A DNA stretch of 64,000 nucleotides from an uncultured Actinomycetes bacterium (GCA_963750255.1 CAVVPZ010000009.1:322069-386068); one strand, 5' to 3'; counted from the stretch's first letter, positions 1 through 11,674 are shown. Made by a program: numbers and translations. Notes: generated from the sequence alone by a model not told the origin.

Positions 1-1301
1 CTTGGGCCAGGACGCTTCGACGTTGTCGAGGAACGTCTTGCGGTCGATCGTCCCCAGCACCCAGTTGGTTCCCTGCTTCCAGAAGGTGCCCGCTCCGACC
101 TCGCTCGGCATGTTGTCGGAGCCATCGAAACGCACGGGGTCTGCTTCGACGAGCGTCTTCGCCAACGTGCGGTCGAGGTCGTCGGCGTAGGCCGACGTGT
201 CGTGGGCCTTGTTGGGTGACAGGAAGCCGCCCTTGGCCGCCTTGTTGCGAGCGTTGGCGTAGTCGGGGCTGGCCAGGAACTCCATGGCCTTCATGGTCGC
301 CTCGTTGTCGTTGAAGGCGACGACGTAGGTGCCGCCCGACAGCAGGACCTTGCCGAAGTCGTTGCTCATCGTCGGGAGGTAGAAGACGTTGACGTCGCCG
401 TTCTCGCCCAGCGTGTAGCCCTTCTCCTTGAACTGGGCGGCGTAGAAGTTGGCCTGGCGATGCATGCCGCACGTGCCGTCGGCCACGGGGATGCCGGCCT
501 GCTGCGAATCCGGTCGAGGCGATCGACTGGCGGCCATTGAGCACGTTGCCGTCGGTGAACCAGATGCTTCTCGACCTCTGCCGCCGCAGCCTGGACCTTG
601 GGATCGTTGAACGGGATCTCATGCTTGACCCACTGGTCGTAGACGTCGGGGCCGTGCATGCGCAGCATGATGTCCTCCATCCAGTCGGTCAGGGCCCAAC
701 CGGTGGCGTCGCCCGACTCGATGCCGATGCACCACGGCGCGATGCCGTCGGCCTTCATCTTGTCCTGGAGCTTGAGCATGGCGTCCCAGGTCGTGGGGAT
801 CTCATATCCCTTGTCCTTGAAGGTCTTGGGCGAGTACCACACCAGGCTCTTGACGTCGGCCTTGTTGGGCACGCCGAGCACCTTGCCGTCGACGGTCACC
901 AACTCCCACAGATACGGGTTGAACTGGTCCTCGTGGGCGTCGAGCGTCGTCTTCGCGACCGGGGTGATCTTGTCGGCGAGATCCTTGACGAGACCTGGCT
1001 GTGGGATCACGGCGATGTCGGGCAGGTCGCCGCCCTCGGCCGACACGCGGATCTGGGTCTCGAAGTCGCGCGAGCCGGTGTAGCTCACCTTGATGCCACT
1101 CTCCTCGGTGAACGGAACGAAGGCCTCCGTGAATCCGTCGGCCTCGGAACCGGTCTCCGGGCCGGAGATGGTGATGGTCTTCTTGGCCGCGCCCGAGTCG
1201 CTGCTCGATGACTTGTCCTGTGCACACGCCGAGGCCATAAGACCGACGACACCGACACCGGCGGCGAGTCGCCACCATCGGGACCGAAACTGGTTTTGCA
1301 T
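1..1301 (-). CDS. Sugar ABC transporter substrate-binding lipoprotein (alpha-glucoside type); runs off the window edge, frameshifted near 500-570
   Basis: Lipobox-like MASAC; motifs GDLPDIAVIPQPG, KSLVWYSPK and PWCIGIESGDATGW; GGGGGA RBS before the ATG at 1301; the reading continues in another frame (MHRQANFYAAQF). Confidence 0.85.
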
Positions 1302-1417
1302 ACTTCCCCCTGTCACTCCATCCCGGCGCAGTCACGCCAGGACCTGCCCCCCACCCTTACCAGAGGTCGGCGGGTTCATGTCGGTTGTGTGTCATTTTCC
1401 GTTAGCGTCGCCGGCCA

Positions 1418-1807
1418 ATGGTCACCCTCGACGACGCGTCCGAGATGGCTCTCGCCCTCCCCGAGGTAACCGAGGGTTTTCGACACGGCAACCGGACCTT
1501 CTTCGTGGGCAAGAAGGCGTTCGCGTGGGAGCGACCGTTGACCAAAGCCGACATCAAGCGCTTCGGCGACGCTCGCATTCCGACCGATCCGATTGTGGCC
1601 GTGGCGGTCGCTGACATGGCGGAGAAGGCCGCCGTGTTGGCGTCGGCGCCCAAGGGATTCTTCGACATGGAGCACTTCGCCGGGTACCCGGCCGTCCTGA
1701 TCGAGTTGCCAAAGGCGGGCAAGCGAGCCGTACGCGAAGCGATCCTCGACGCGTGGCTCGCCTGTGCACCCGCTCGACTCACCAAGGACTACCGCGTCAC
1801 CGGCTGA
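1418..1807 (+). CDS. MmcQ/YjbR family DNA-binding protein
   Basis: 129 aa with ALALPEV..G, FFVGKKAFAW, HFAGYPAVL and DAWLACAP motifs. Confidence 0.75.
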   Translation: MVTLDDASEMALALPEVTEGFRHGNRTFFVGKKAFAWERPLTKADIKRFGDARIPTDPIVAVAVADMAEKAAVLASAPKGFFDMEHFAGYPAVLIELPKAGKRAVREAILDAWLACAPARLTKDYRVTG

Positions 1808-2360
1808 CGCGACGCCACACCGACCAGGTACCCCAACCCGCGTCGGCGCCCATGCCCGTCCACGTGCCAGGCAGGGCCTGTTCGACCTCGGCCGCGGACA
1901 GGTGGATCGGCGTGCGGTCACCGGCGGTGTTGACCCACACGATGACGCCGGCGGGAGCCAGCACCCGGTCCATCTCGACTGGGAACAACAGCGCGTTGAC
2001 GAGCACGACGGCGTCGAAGGAGCCGTCGGGCATCGGGGTGGCCGACGTGTCGGCTCGGACCCGGTCGCCCGTGGCGCGTACCAACATCTCGAAGGAGAGA
2101 TCGGCGGCCACGACGGTGTCGTGATGGTCAGCGAGAAACGCGGTATTGGCGCCATCGCCCGACCCGACCTCGAGGCAAACGCCACCCGGGGTGATGGCGC
2201 CTCGGGCGTAGGCGTCCTCGAGGGCCGCGCCTCGCTGGGGATCGTTCCGGTGCGTGTGCCACTCGGGCGCCAAACCGTCGAACAGGTCGGCGACCTTGCG
2301 GCGACGCTCCGCCGTCCACCCTCCGGGCTCGAAAGCCACCTGCCGGGTGACGGCCCGCAT
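1797..2360 (-). CDS. Class I SAM-dependent methyltransferase
   Basis: LEVGSGDG motif I, DLSFEML, FDAVV, RVLAPAG; start approximate. Confidence 0.8.
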   Translation of the reverse strand: MRAVTRQVAFEPGGWTAERRRKVADLFDGLAPEWHTHRNDPQRGAALEDAYARGAITPGGVCLEVGSGDGANTAFLADHHDTVVAADLSFEMLVRATGDRVRADTSATPMPDGSFDAVVLVNALLFPVEMDRVLAPAGVIVWVNTAGDRTPIHLSAAEVEQALPGTWTGMGADAGWGTWSVWRRVSR

Positions 2361-2461
2361 CGGGTGCTCGGCACCGCCGCCGTCCGGCGGCTTGGGCGGA
2401 TCCTCGGCGACAACGCATTCGAGCGGGCCGGTACATGGAGGCGACGGTAGCGTGGCCGCCC

Positions 2462-3288
<827 letters not shown>

Positions 3289-3292
<4 letters not shown>

Positions 3293-4380
3293 GCACAGCG
3301 ACCGACCTGCTCGCCGCCACCGCCGAGCTGGTCGACATCCCGTCGGTCAGCCACGACGAGGAGGCCATCACCGCCCACATCGAGGCCCGCCTCCGCGCCG
3401 CTGCCGTGGCTCGAGGTGACCCGGGTCGAGCGACAACCTCGTGGCCCGCACCGAGCTCGGCCGCGATCCAGCGGCTCGATCCTCGCCGGCCACACCGACA
3501 CCGTCCCGGTCAACGGCAACGCCGCGCGCCCGCGTCGACGGCGACACGCTGTGGGGGCTCGGGTCGCGCGACATGAAGGGCGGCCTGGCCGTCATGCTCG
3601 AGCTGGCCCGCACCGTCGCCGAACCGGCCGTCGACGTCACCTACGTCTTCTACGAGTGCGAGGAGGTCGGCGCCGGAGTTCAACGGGCTGCGTCAAGCTG
3701 TTCGGCCGAGCGCCCCGAGCTGCTGGCCGGCGACGCCGCCATCCTCGGCGAGCCCACCGGCGCCCGCGTCGAGGCCGGCTGCCAGGGCACCATGCGCGCC
3801 GCGGTTCGCCTTGCCGGCGCGCGGGCGCACACGGCCCGGCCGTGGATGGGCCGCAACGCCATCCACCGCCTCGGCGTCGTGCTCGACCGCCTCGCGGCGT
3901 ACGACGGAGCGCCGGCCGGTGCTCGACGGGTGCGAGTTCCGCGAGGCCCTGCAGGCGGTGCGCGTCGAGCGGGGGCGTGGCCGGCAACGTCGTGCCCGAC
4001 CGAGGCCGAGGTCACGCGTCAACCACCGCTTCGCCCCCGACCGGTCGCTCGACGAGGCTGTCGCCCACGTGCGCGCGGTGCTCGGTGACGCCCTCGACGA
4101 GGCGGCGGGGACTCCTTCGAGGTGCTCGACTCGGCCGTCGCCGGCGCCGCCGTCGCTCGACCACCCGCTGCTGGCGTCATTGGTGGCCGCCACCGGCGCA
4201 GGCGCCACGGGCCAAGCTGGGCTGGACCGACGTGTCGTTCTTCGCCGCCGCCGGCATCCCGGCCACCAACTTCGGTCCCGGCGACCCGACCCTCGCCCAC
4301 ACCCGCGACGAGCGGGTCGAGCGGGCTCGTCGATCGAGGCCGCCTTCGCCGCGCTCCACCGGCTGATCACCGCCGGCTGA
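3289..4380 (+). CDS. dapE: Succinyl-diaminopimelate desuccinylase, M20 family (several apparent frameshifts)
   Basis: [51 protein letters not shown]; GTGA overlap with dapD. Confidence 0.9.
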
Positions 4381-4869
4381 GTGAGCGAGCCGACCTTCGT
4401 CGAGCGTCGCCGGTTCCGCCGAGGACCGCTTCCGTTGTTTCACGCTGGTCTCGGGGCGCTGATGTTCGCCTTCGGTCTTTGGCTGCACGGTCCGATCGAT
4501 GTCTTCCGCGGCGCGCTGCTGCTCGTGGGTCCGGTCCTCGCCTTGCCCGTGTTCTTCGCCGTGGACACCGTGGTCACGGCCGACTCCCTGACCGTGGCGC
4601 TCTCGCCGCCATGGTGGAGACGAACTGTCTGTCTCGATGACGTCGACAACCTTGAGGTGGTGCTGAGCGACTACAACACGCCACTGTTCGGCGGGTGGAG
4701 CGTGCGCGACTCGATCGGCGGCGCGTTCATCAACGACCTCGAGGGCGACCGGTCCTTTGGCAACAAGGCGGTGCGACTCACCCTCAGCAACGGCCGCGTT
4801 CTGCAAGTCGGCTCGTTCAAGCCAGTGGCCCTCTGCCGGGCGCTACGACGCGACGTCGACGCGCCGTAA
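4381..4869 (+). CDS. Hypothetical membrane protein (two N-terminal hydrophobic helices)
   Basis: 162-aa ORF directly after the dapE stop, with a hydrophobic N-terminus. Confidence 0.6.
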   Translation: MSEPTFVERRRFRRGPLPLFHAGLGALMFAFGLWLHGPIDVFRGALLLVGPVLALPVFFAVDTVVTADSLTVALSPPWWRRTVCLDDVDNLEVVLSDYNTPLFGGWSVRDSIGGAFINDLEGDRSFGNKAVRLTLSNGRVLQVGSFKPVALCRALRRDVDAP

Positions 4870-4908
4870 CCCGAGCGCAGTCGCCGATACCTGGACAACA
4901 GTGGTGGG

Positions 4909-5467
4909 ATGGATCACGAGACCGGTCGTGTCGTGTTGTTCACGGGGCCGACGGGCCGTGGGCAAGACGACGTGCGCTTCGGCATGGGCGTCCCAGCGAG
5001 CCCGACACACGGCCTGGTTCGATCACGACGAGGCTCGGTTCGTCCTCAAGTCCGGCTATGTCTCGAGGAGCGCGGCGGCGGCCGACGAGTCGTTGCGACC
5101 CGAGGCCGACCGTCAATGGCTCCTCGCCGCGTCGGTGTGCGAAGCCATGGCCCAGGCGTTCATCGCCGAGGGCGTCGACTTCGCACTCTCGGCCTTCCGT
5201 CCACCCGGCGCATGGAAGGGCTGCTGGTCGGTGCTGGACACGCTCGATCCCATCATCGTGGTACTCCTTCCGCCGATGTCGACCGCGCTCGAACGCGACG
5301 AGACGCGGACCGGTCGGGCCCACACGGGTCGAGCCAGCATCGAGCGGGCCTACGGCTACGACTGGGAGGCCTGGCGGGGCGACGAACGAGCCTGGGTGCT
5401 GGACAACTCGTCGATGACCGTGGATGAGGTGGTCGCCCAGGTCGAGCGACTCTGCCTTCGGGCTTGA
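4909..5467 (+). CDS. P-loop kinase / AAA-family small ATPase (frameshift near 4955)
   Basis: VVLFTGPTG..GKTT Walker A split across two frames; DHD..R and LDNSSMTVDEVV kinase-like tail. Confidence 0.7.
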
Positions 5468-5600
5468 CACTCGTGGTGCGTTCGACAGCCCGTTGACCTG
5501 AATGCGGGCAAGCGGGTCGGCCGCCATTCCGGGGTGGGTTGCACGACCTGGGAGCTCACTGACTACGGCCAGAACCAGCGGGCGCTGATTGCCGGTTCGT

Positions 5601-6032
5601 TCAGCTCGTCGTGAGGGTGGCGTCGAGGGTGATCTCGGCTGCGGCCAGCACCACCGACACCGGGCAGGTCTCCTTGGCCGTGTTCGCGATCTCTTGGAAG
5701 GCGGCGTCGTCGAGGCCAGGAACATCGGCCTGGGTGACGAGGTCGATGCGCTCGATGCGGAAACCGGCGTCGGTCTTGTTGAGGTGGACCGAGGCCGTGG
5801 TGGCGACGCTGTTGGGCTCGTGGCCGGCGCGTCCGAGCGCACCCGAGAGGGCCATGCTGAAACAGCCGGCGTGGGCGGCGGCGATCAGTTCTTCGGGGTT
5901 GGTGCCGTTGCCGTCCTCGAAACGGCTCTGGAACGAGTACGGCCCTTCATAGGCGCCCCCGCCGAGGCGCATCGTGCCGTTGCCCTTCTGGAGCGAGCCT
6001 TCCCAGCGGGCGTCGGCCTTGCGTGCGGGCAT
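5601..6032 (-). CDS. osmC: OsmC family peroxiredoxin
   Basis: GTNPEELIAAAHAGCFSMAL and AKETCPVS; AGGAGG RBS. Confidence 0.95.
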   Translation of the reverse strand: MPARKADARWEGSLQKGNGTMRLGGGAYEGPYSFQSRFEDGNGTNPEELIAAAHAGCFSMALSGALGRAGHEPNSVATTASVHLNKTDAGFRIERIDLVTQADVPGLDDAAFQEIANTAKETCPVSVVLAAAEITLDATLTTS

Positions 6033-6141
6033 GTGGGTCCTCCTGCGGTCGGGGTCCGCCGGCGAGTGGGCCGTCGGTCGGGAGCGAACCTAGCGGCTCG
6101 CACGCGGCCCGGACCCTCGATCACCGTGCGACCATGGTCGG

Positions 6142-7593
6142 GTGTCGACGCGTGGAATCCGACGGTTGAGGGCCTCGGTCGCCGTGGCCGGCGCCCTCGC
6201 TCTGGCACTCGTGACCACGCCGGCGCTGGCCGTCGGAACCGACCCGGGGTTGCCCCAACAGTGGGGGTTGGCCCAGATCGGTGCTCCGCAGGCCTGGGCC
6301 GGTGGGGCGCTGGTCGGCGCCGGGGTGCCCATCGCCATCATCGACACGGGTGTCGACCTCACCCACCCCGACCTCAAAGGCCAGATCGCCACGGCCGTCA
6401 CCTGCGTCGGCACCAAGGGCGATCCGGCCAAGTGCGTGACCGACGGCGCCGACATCGAGGGGCACGGCACCCACGTGGCCGGCATCGCCGCCGCCGCCGC
6501 CAACGACATCGGCGTGTCGGGCGTCGCCCCCGGCGCCCGGATCATCGCCGTGCGCGTCTTCGCCAAGGACAGCAACGGAGATTTCACGGCCGGATCCGAC
6601 GACATCAACGCGGGGATGAAGTGGGTGATCGGTCACGTCCCCGGCCCGGGCGTGTTCAACCTCAGCCTCGGGGGTGACTTCGTCGTGACGACCGTGTTGT
6701 CGGCGTCGTTCTCCGACGGCATCGAGGCGGCCTGGAGCGCGGGATGGCTGTCGGTGCTGGCCTCGGGCAACGAGAACTATTTCGGCCTCGGCTCGTCCAA
6801 CTACGGCAACCTGCACGCCATCGTCGTCGGCGCCACCGGTCCCGACGGCAAGCTGGCCGGCTACTCGAGCCCGACCGGCAACACGAAGTGGGCCGTCGCC
6901 GCCCCCGGCGGCAACGCGTCGTCGTGCAACGACGAACCGGCCAAGTGCGTGCTGTCGACCTACAAGGGTGGGGAGTACGCCTTGTTGCAGGGCACCTCGA
7001 TGGCCACACCACACGTGGCCGGGGCCGCCGCGCTCCTGCTCGGAGCCGGCCTCTCGAATCAGGCGACGGTTGATCGCTTGTTGTCGACGGCCAACAAGGG
7101 CTTGTCGTGCGGGTCGAGTTGCGCCGGACGGCTCGACGTGGCCAAGGCGGCGTCTGGCCTGGCGCCGGCCGGGTCGAGCGGCGGAGGGTCCGCGTCGACC
7201 ACGATCCCGGCGACGACGGTGACGTCGACGACGGCTCGACCCGCCGCCGGCGGCGGGTCGACACCGAGTCGAGTTCCTTCGACCACTGCGCCTCGTTCGT
7301 CGTCGTCGACGTCGGCCGGGACTCCATCCGTCGACGACCCCACGGCCACGTCGGGTCCCGAACCGGCGGTGCCCTCGGCCGAGCCGCCGGCCTCGGATGG
7401 GGTCACCGACCTCTCGATCGGCGAGGCCGAGGCCGCCATCGCCGAGGGCGCCCCAGCCTCCCGACCGCCGCTGCTGGCCGTGATCGTCGGCGGCCTGGCC
7501 GTCGTCCTCGCCGCCGGAGCCACCACCCGCACCGTTTTGGGCAGGACCAGAGCGCGATCGCGCTCTGACGCTGCCCAAAACGGGAGGGGTTAG
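6142..7593 (+). CDS. S8 (subtilisin-family) serine protease with signal peptide, S/T/P linker and C-terminal membrane anchor
   Basis: Catalytic triad IDTG / HGTHVAG / GTSMATPHVAG. Confidence 0.92.
   Translation: MSTRGIRRLRASVAVAGALALALVTTPALAVGTDPGLPQQWGLAQIGAPQAWAGGALVGAGVPIAIIDTGVDLTHPDLKGQIATAVTCVGTKGDPAKCVTDGADIEGHGTHVAGIAAAAANDIGVSGVAPGARIIAVRVFAKDSNGDFTAGSDDINAGMKWVIGHVPGPGVFNLSLGGDFVVTTVLSASFSDGIEAAWSAGWLSVLASGNENYFGLGSSNYGNLHAIVVGATGPDGKLAGYSSPTGNTKWAVAAPGGNASSCNDEPAKCVLSTYKGGEYALLQGTSMATPHVAGAAALLLGAGLSNQATVDRLLSTANKGLSCGSSCAGRLDVAKAASGLAPAGSSGGGSASTTIPATTVTSTTARPAAGGGSTPSRVPSTTAPRSSSSTSAGTPSVDDPTATSGPEPAVPSAEPPASDGVTDLSIGEAEAAIAEGAPASRPPLLAVIVGGLAVVLAAGATTRTVLGRTRARSRSDAAQNGRG
7532..7583. 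repeat. 52-bp palindromic REP-like element, family A copy 1
   Basis: CCGTTTTGGGC-N6-AGAGCGCGATCGCGCTCT-N6-GCCCAAAACGG; second copy at 29358-29409. Confidence 0.8.
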
Positions 7594-8222
7594 AGCTTGC
7601 GAAGGACGGTGACGACTTTGCCGAAGATGGTGACGTCGGCCTCGTCGAACTCCATGGGCGAGAAGCGCTCGTTGGCAGGGAGCAGGACGACCTTGGAGCC
7701 CTTGCGGGTGTAGGTCTTGACCGTGGCCTCCTCGCCCGGGATGCCGGCGACCACGATCTCGCCCTTGTTGGCCTCGGGCTGTTGGCGGACGACGACGTAG
7801 TCGCCGTCGAGGATGCCGGCGTCGATCATCGACTCACCGCGGACCCGGAGCATGAAGACCGAGCCGGGACCGGTGAAGTCCTCGGGCAGGGGCAGGAGCT
7901 CTTCGACGTTTTCGTGGGCGAGCACGTCGGTGCCGGCGGCGACGTCGCCGAGGAGGGGCACGTGACGAACCCGGCCCTTGTCGACGGCGGCACCAGACTC
8001 GGCGTCGTAGCGGACCTCGATGGCGCGGGGCTTGGTCGGGTCGCGGCGCAGATACCCGAGCTGTTGGAGGCTGGCGAGGTGGGCGTGGACCGTCGACGAC
8101 GACGTCAACCCCACGGCCTCGCCGATCTCGCGCACCGAGGGCGGATAGCCGCGCTCGCGCAGGCACGACTCGATGAAGTCGAGGATGGCTCGCTTCTTGC
8201 CACTCAGCTGGGTGTCGGGCAC
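7590..8222 (-). CDS. lexA: SOS repressor LexA
   Basis: GYPPSVREIG HTH, VAAG cleavage site, GESM (Ser) and ATVK (Lys) dyad; GTG start at 8222. Confidence 0.97.
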   Translation of the reverse strand: MPDTQLSGKKRAILDFIESCLRERGYPPSVREIGEAVGLTSSSTVHAHLASLQQLGYLRRDPTKPRAIEVRYDAESGAAVDKGRVRHVPLLGDVAAGTDVLAHENVEELLPLPEDFTGPGSVFMLRVRGESMIDAGILDGDYVVVRQQPEANKGEIVVAGIPGEEATVKTYTRKGSKVVLLPANERFSPMEFDEADVTIFGKVVTVLRKL

Positions 8223-8264
8223 GTCGGCAGCTCCTAAGAGAGTTGGGAGTCGGGCGGTCAGGGG

Positions 8265-8386
8265 TCGAACGTGTGTTCCACAGAAACGTAACATCGCTGG
8301 TGGGCGGTGGCAAACATTTGTTCGGTTTCTGGTTGACACGAACGGGCGTTCGGGTATTGGATGGTGGCCAGGGAACGCACGTTCGG
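8265..8386. promoter_or_regulatory. Four Gram-positive-type SOS boxes (GAAC-N4-GTTC) between lexA and the LysM gene
   Basis: TCGAACgtgtGTTCCA 8265-8280; GCAAACatttGTTCGG 8310-8325; ACGAACgggcGTTCGG 8338-8353 next to TTGACA 8333-8338; GGGAACgcacGTTCGG 8371-8386. Confidence 0.88.
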
Positions 8387-8423
8387 TTCCCACCCCACAC
8401 GAACCACCCGCCCGGAGGCCCCG

Positions 8424-8813
8424 ATGGCAGCCATCACCTTCACCCCCGATCGCAGTTTCCGCCCGGCGCCCCGTCGCCGCCCGGTCCCGTCCGGCGTGTA
8501 CCTCCGCCGGCGGCTGGCCGCCGTGGCCCTCGTTCTCGGCATCCTCCTGGCCGGCAGCTGGGTGCTGGGTGCCCTCGGGGGCGGTTCCCTCACCGCCTCC
8601 GAGGCTGGATCTGGGTCGGCGACGCTGACCCTCGAGCCCGTGGCCCGGTCCACCTACGTCGTCGCTCCCGGCGACACGCTGTGGTCCATCGCCCGACGCT
8701 TCGCCCCGGAGGGGGATGTCCGACCGGTGGTCGACGCGCTCGCCGCCCACCGCAACGGACGCCCCCTCCAGGTCGGCGAACGCCTCGAGTTGCCTCTCGG
8801 CGTCACGCCGTAG
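8424..8813 (+). CDS. Membrane LysM protein, probable SOS cell-division inhibitor (ChiZ/YneA/DivS-like)
   Basis: YLRRR, a TM helix and a LysM domain (YVVAPGDTLWSIA); GGAGG RBS; divergent from lexA and upstream of nrdR. Confidence 0.85.
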   Translation: MAAITFTPDRSFRPAPRRRPVPSGVYLRRRLAAVALVLGILLAGSWVLGALGGGSLTASEAGSGSATLTLEPVARSTYVVAPGDTLWSIARRFAPEGDVRPVVDALAAHRNGRPLQVGERLELPLGVTP

Positions 8814-8861
8814 CGTCGAGCGGTGACGGGCCGCCCTGGTCGCGTCGGTAGCGTGGCCGGC

Positions 8862-9357
8862 GTGCGTTGCCCGGGGTGTGCAGGAGTCGACGACAAAGTC
8901 ATCGACTCCCGCACCGCCGACGAGGGCGCCGCCATTCGCCGCCGGCGGGAGTGCCTCACCTGCGGGCGACGGTTCACGACCTACGAACGCCTCGAAGAGG
9001 CGCCGCTGATCGTGGTCAAGCGATCGGGCCAGCGGGCCCCCTTCGACCGACAAAAGATCGTGGCCGGCATCCGGGCCGCGGCCAAGAACCGTCCCGTGCA
9101 CGAGTCGGCCCTCGACACGCTGGTGTTCGAGATCGAGGAGGCGCTGCGTCTCGAGGGGCCCGAGGTGGCCACCGAGGCAGATCGGTCGCGCGGTGCTCGA
9201 CCGTTTGCGCGAACTCGATGAGGTCGCCTACCTCCGGTTCGTCAGCGTCTACAAGGGATTCGAAGATCTGACCGACTTCGAGCGCGAGGTCGTGCTGCTC
9301 ACCCGGCCGCCCGGCGACGCCGCTTCGCCGTCTTCGGAGGCCGACCCCAGCCCGTAG
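8862..9357 (+). CDS. nrdR: Transcriptional repressor NrdR (frameshift near 9177)
   Basis: [30 protein letters not shown] zinc ribbon, ATP cone, and [12 protein letters not shown] in the shifted frame. Confidence 0.95.
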
Positions 9358-9367
9358 GGTGATCTCC

Positions 9368-10396
9368 ATGCGAATCGGTGTCCTGACCGGTGGAGGCGAC
9401 TGTCCCGGCCTCAACGCCGTCATTCGAGCCGTGGTCCGCAAGGGCGAACAGCACTACGGCGATGATTTCGTCGGCTTCCGCGACGGCTGGCGGGGACCGA
9501 TCGAGGGCCTGACGATGGAGCTCGACGTCGAGCGATGCCGCGGCATCCTGCCTCGTGGCGGCACCATCCTCGGCTCGTCGCGCACCAACCCGTACAAGAT
9601 CGAGGGCGCCGTCGACCGGCTCAAGGCCACGCTGGCCGACCTGTCCGTCGACGCGCTCGTGGCCATCGGTGGCGAGGACACGCTCGGCGTCGCCCACAAG
9701 TTGGCCGGTGAAGGCGTGGCCGTCGTCGGCGTGCCCAAGACCATCGACAACGACCTCAACGCGACCGAGGTCACCTTCGGTTTCGACACCGCGGTGCAGG
9801 TGGCCACCGACGCCATCGACCGGCTCCACACCACCGCTGAGAGCCACGATCGCGTGCTCGTGTGCGAGGTGATGGGACGCCACGCCGGGTGGATCGCCAC
9901 CCACGCTGGTATCGCCGGTGGCGCGGCCGAGGTCCTCGTCCCCGAGGTCGCCTTCGACATCGACAAGGTGTGCTCCGACCTCAAGAAGCGCCACGAAAAG
10001 GGGCGCTACGCCTCGATCGTCGTCGTGGCCGAGGGGGCCCGGCCAAAAGAGGGCACGATGGTCGTGTCCTCCGGCGAGGTCGATGCCTTCGGCCATGTCC
10101 GTCTCGGCGGCATCGGCCAGATGCTGGCCGAGGAGATCGAGAAACGCACGGGATTCGAGACCCGGGTGACCGTGCTCGGCCACATCCAGCGGGGCGGCAC
10201 GCCGACGGCGTTCGACCGAGTCTTGGCCACGCGATTCGGGGTCGCGGCCATCGACGCGGCCCACGACGGCGACTTCGATTGCATGGTTGCGCTCCAGGCT
10301 GGGCAGATCGTTCGTGTGCCTCTCGCCGACGCTGTCACTGAACTCAAGACCGTGGACCCTGGCCTCGTCGCCGTGGCCGAGTTGTTCCATGGCTGA
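9368..10396 (+). CDS. pfkA: 6-phosphofructokinase (actinobacterial group III type)
   Basis: TGGGDCPGLN, GGTILGSSR, GGEDT, PKTIDND, EVMGR, LGHIQRGG. Confidence 0.96.
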   Translation: MRIGVLTGGGDCPGLNAVIRAVVRKGEQHYGDDFVGFRDGWRGPIEGLTMELDVERCRGILPRGGTILGSSRTNPYKIEGAVDRLKATLADLSVDALVAIGGEDTLGVAHKLAGEGVAVVGVPKTIDNDLNATEVTFGFDTAVQVATDAIDRLHTTAESHDRVLVCEVMGRHAGWIATHAGIAGGAAEVLVPEVAFDIDKVCSDLKKRHEKGRYASIVVVAEGARPKEGTMVVSSGEVDAFGHVRLGGIGQMLAEEIEKRTGFETRVTVLGHIQRGGTPTAFDRVLATRFGVAAIDAAHDGDFDCMVALQAGQIVRVPLADAVTELKTVDPGLVAVAELFHG

Positions 10397-10850
10397 ACCC
10401 ATCCGCCAGATCAGCGTGGGGCGCATCATCGATGCCCCCGCCGAACGCATCTTCGCCCTGTTGAGCGACGCCGCCCGGCACCACGAGATCGACGGATCGG
10501 GCACCGTGCGCGCCGCAGCCTCAGCCCCGGAGCGGCTGACGCTCGGCTCCAAGTTCTCGATGGGCATGCGCTTCGGCGTGCCCTACCGCACATCCAACGA
10601 AGTCGTCGAATACGAGGAGAACCGACGCATCGCGTGGTGCCACTTCGGCAAGCACCGGTGGCGGTACGAGCTCGAACCCCAGGCTGACGACCGCACCCTC
10701 GTGCGGGAGACCTTCGACTGGTCGACGGCAGTCAGCCCCCGTGTGATCGAGTTGATCGGGGCGCCAGCCCGCAACCAGCCGGCCATGGAGCGCACGCTCG
10801 AGCGGCTGGCCGACGTCATGGCCGCCGAGCAACGGCGGGAGACCGCGTGA
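10389..10850 (+). CDS. SRPBCC family protein
   Basis: IDAPAERIF..HHEIDGSGTV..WRYELEP..VRETFDW. Confidence 0.85.
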   Translation: MAEPIRQISVGRIIDAPAERIFALLSDAARHHEIDGSGTVRAAASAPERLTLGSKFSMGMRFGVPYRTSNEVVEYEENRRIAWCHFGKHRWRYELEPQADDRTLVRETFDWSTAVSPRVIELIGAPARNQPAMERTLERLADVMAAEQRRETA

Positions 10851-11674
10851 GCGACGACCGCACCGTGTTGACGACGGGCGCCAACTCAGGCATCGGCTTG
10901 GCCACCGTGATCGAGGTGGCGCGCCGCGGGTTCCGTTCGGTGGGCTCGGTGCGATCCGACGCCAAGGCCGAAGTCGTCCACGACGCGGCCAAGACCGCGG
11001 GTGTCGAGGTCGAGACGGTGCTGCTCGACGTGACCGATGCCGACCAGTGCGAGCGGGCCATCGCCGGACTCCACCTCTTCGGACTCGTCAACAACGCCGG
11101 CTATGCCGTGACCGGGGCCATCGAAGACGTCGGCGACGACGAGGCCCGCGCCCTCTTCGAGACGATGGTGCACGCGCCGATGCGTCTGGCCCGCCTCGCG
11201 CTTCCGGCCATGCGCATCTCCGGTGGAGGCCGCATCGTCAACGTATCGTCGATCGCCGGACGCACCTCGGCCCCTTTCGCCGGCCACTACACCGGGGCCA
11301 AGCACGCCCTCGAGGCGATGTCCGACGCACTCCGGATGGAGGTGGCGGGCGCCGGTATCAAGGTGGTGTTGGTCGAGCCGGGCGGGTTCAAGACCGGCAT
11401 CTGGGAAGAGTTCGAGCGCGACGTCGCCAAGCGGGAGGCGGCCGGATCCCGCTACGTCGACGCGTACCGGCGGTCGTTGCAGGGCCAACGGTTCATGGAG
11501 CCGATCATGGGTAACCCCGAGGCCTGCGCTCGCGTGATCGCCACCGCGCTCACCTCTCGCCTGCCCCGCTCCCGCTACCTCGTCGGCCTCGACGCCCAAG
11601 CGATGAGCGTGGCCGACGCGTTGACCCCGACCTTCCTCAAGGACCGCTTCCTGCGCCTCGGGCTCGGCATCTGA
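10847..11674 (+). CDS. SDR family oxidoreductase
   Basis: TGANSGIG, NNAG, YTGAK. Confidence 0.93.
   Translation: MSDDRTVLTTGANSGIGLATVIEVARRGFRSVGSVRSDAKAEVVHDAAKTAGVEVETVLLDVTDADQCERAIAGLHLFGLVNNAGYAVTGAIEDVGDDEARALFETMVHAPMRLARLALPAMRISGGGRIVNVSSIAGRTSAPFAGHYTGAKHALEAMSDALRMEVAGAGIKVVLVEPGGFKTGIWEEFERDVAKREAAGSRYVDAYRRSLQGQRFMEPIMGNPEACARVIATALTSRLPRSRYLVGLDAQAMSVADALTPTFLKDRFLRLGLGI

Noticed and set aside
5468-5600. 133-bp spacer between convergent genes as a possible ncRNA or gene remnant
   Set aside because: I found no convincing hairpin, known motif or recognisable peptide, and no match to the two repeat families.
7590-9101. 503-aa LexA with a long N-terminal extension
   Set aside because: The extension is the antisense shadow of the LysM gene and nrdR; LexA homology starts at 8222, just below the SOS boxes.
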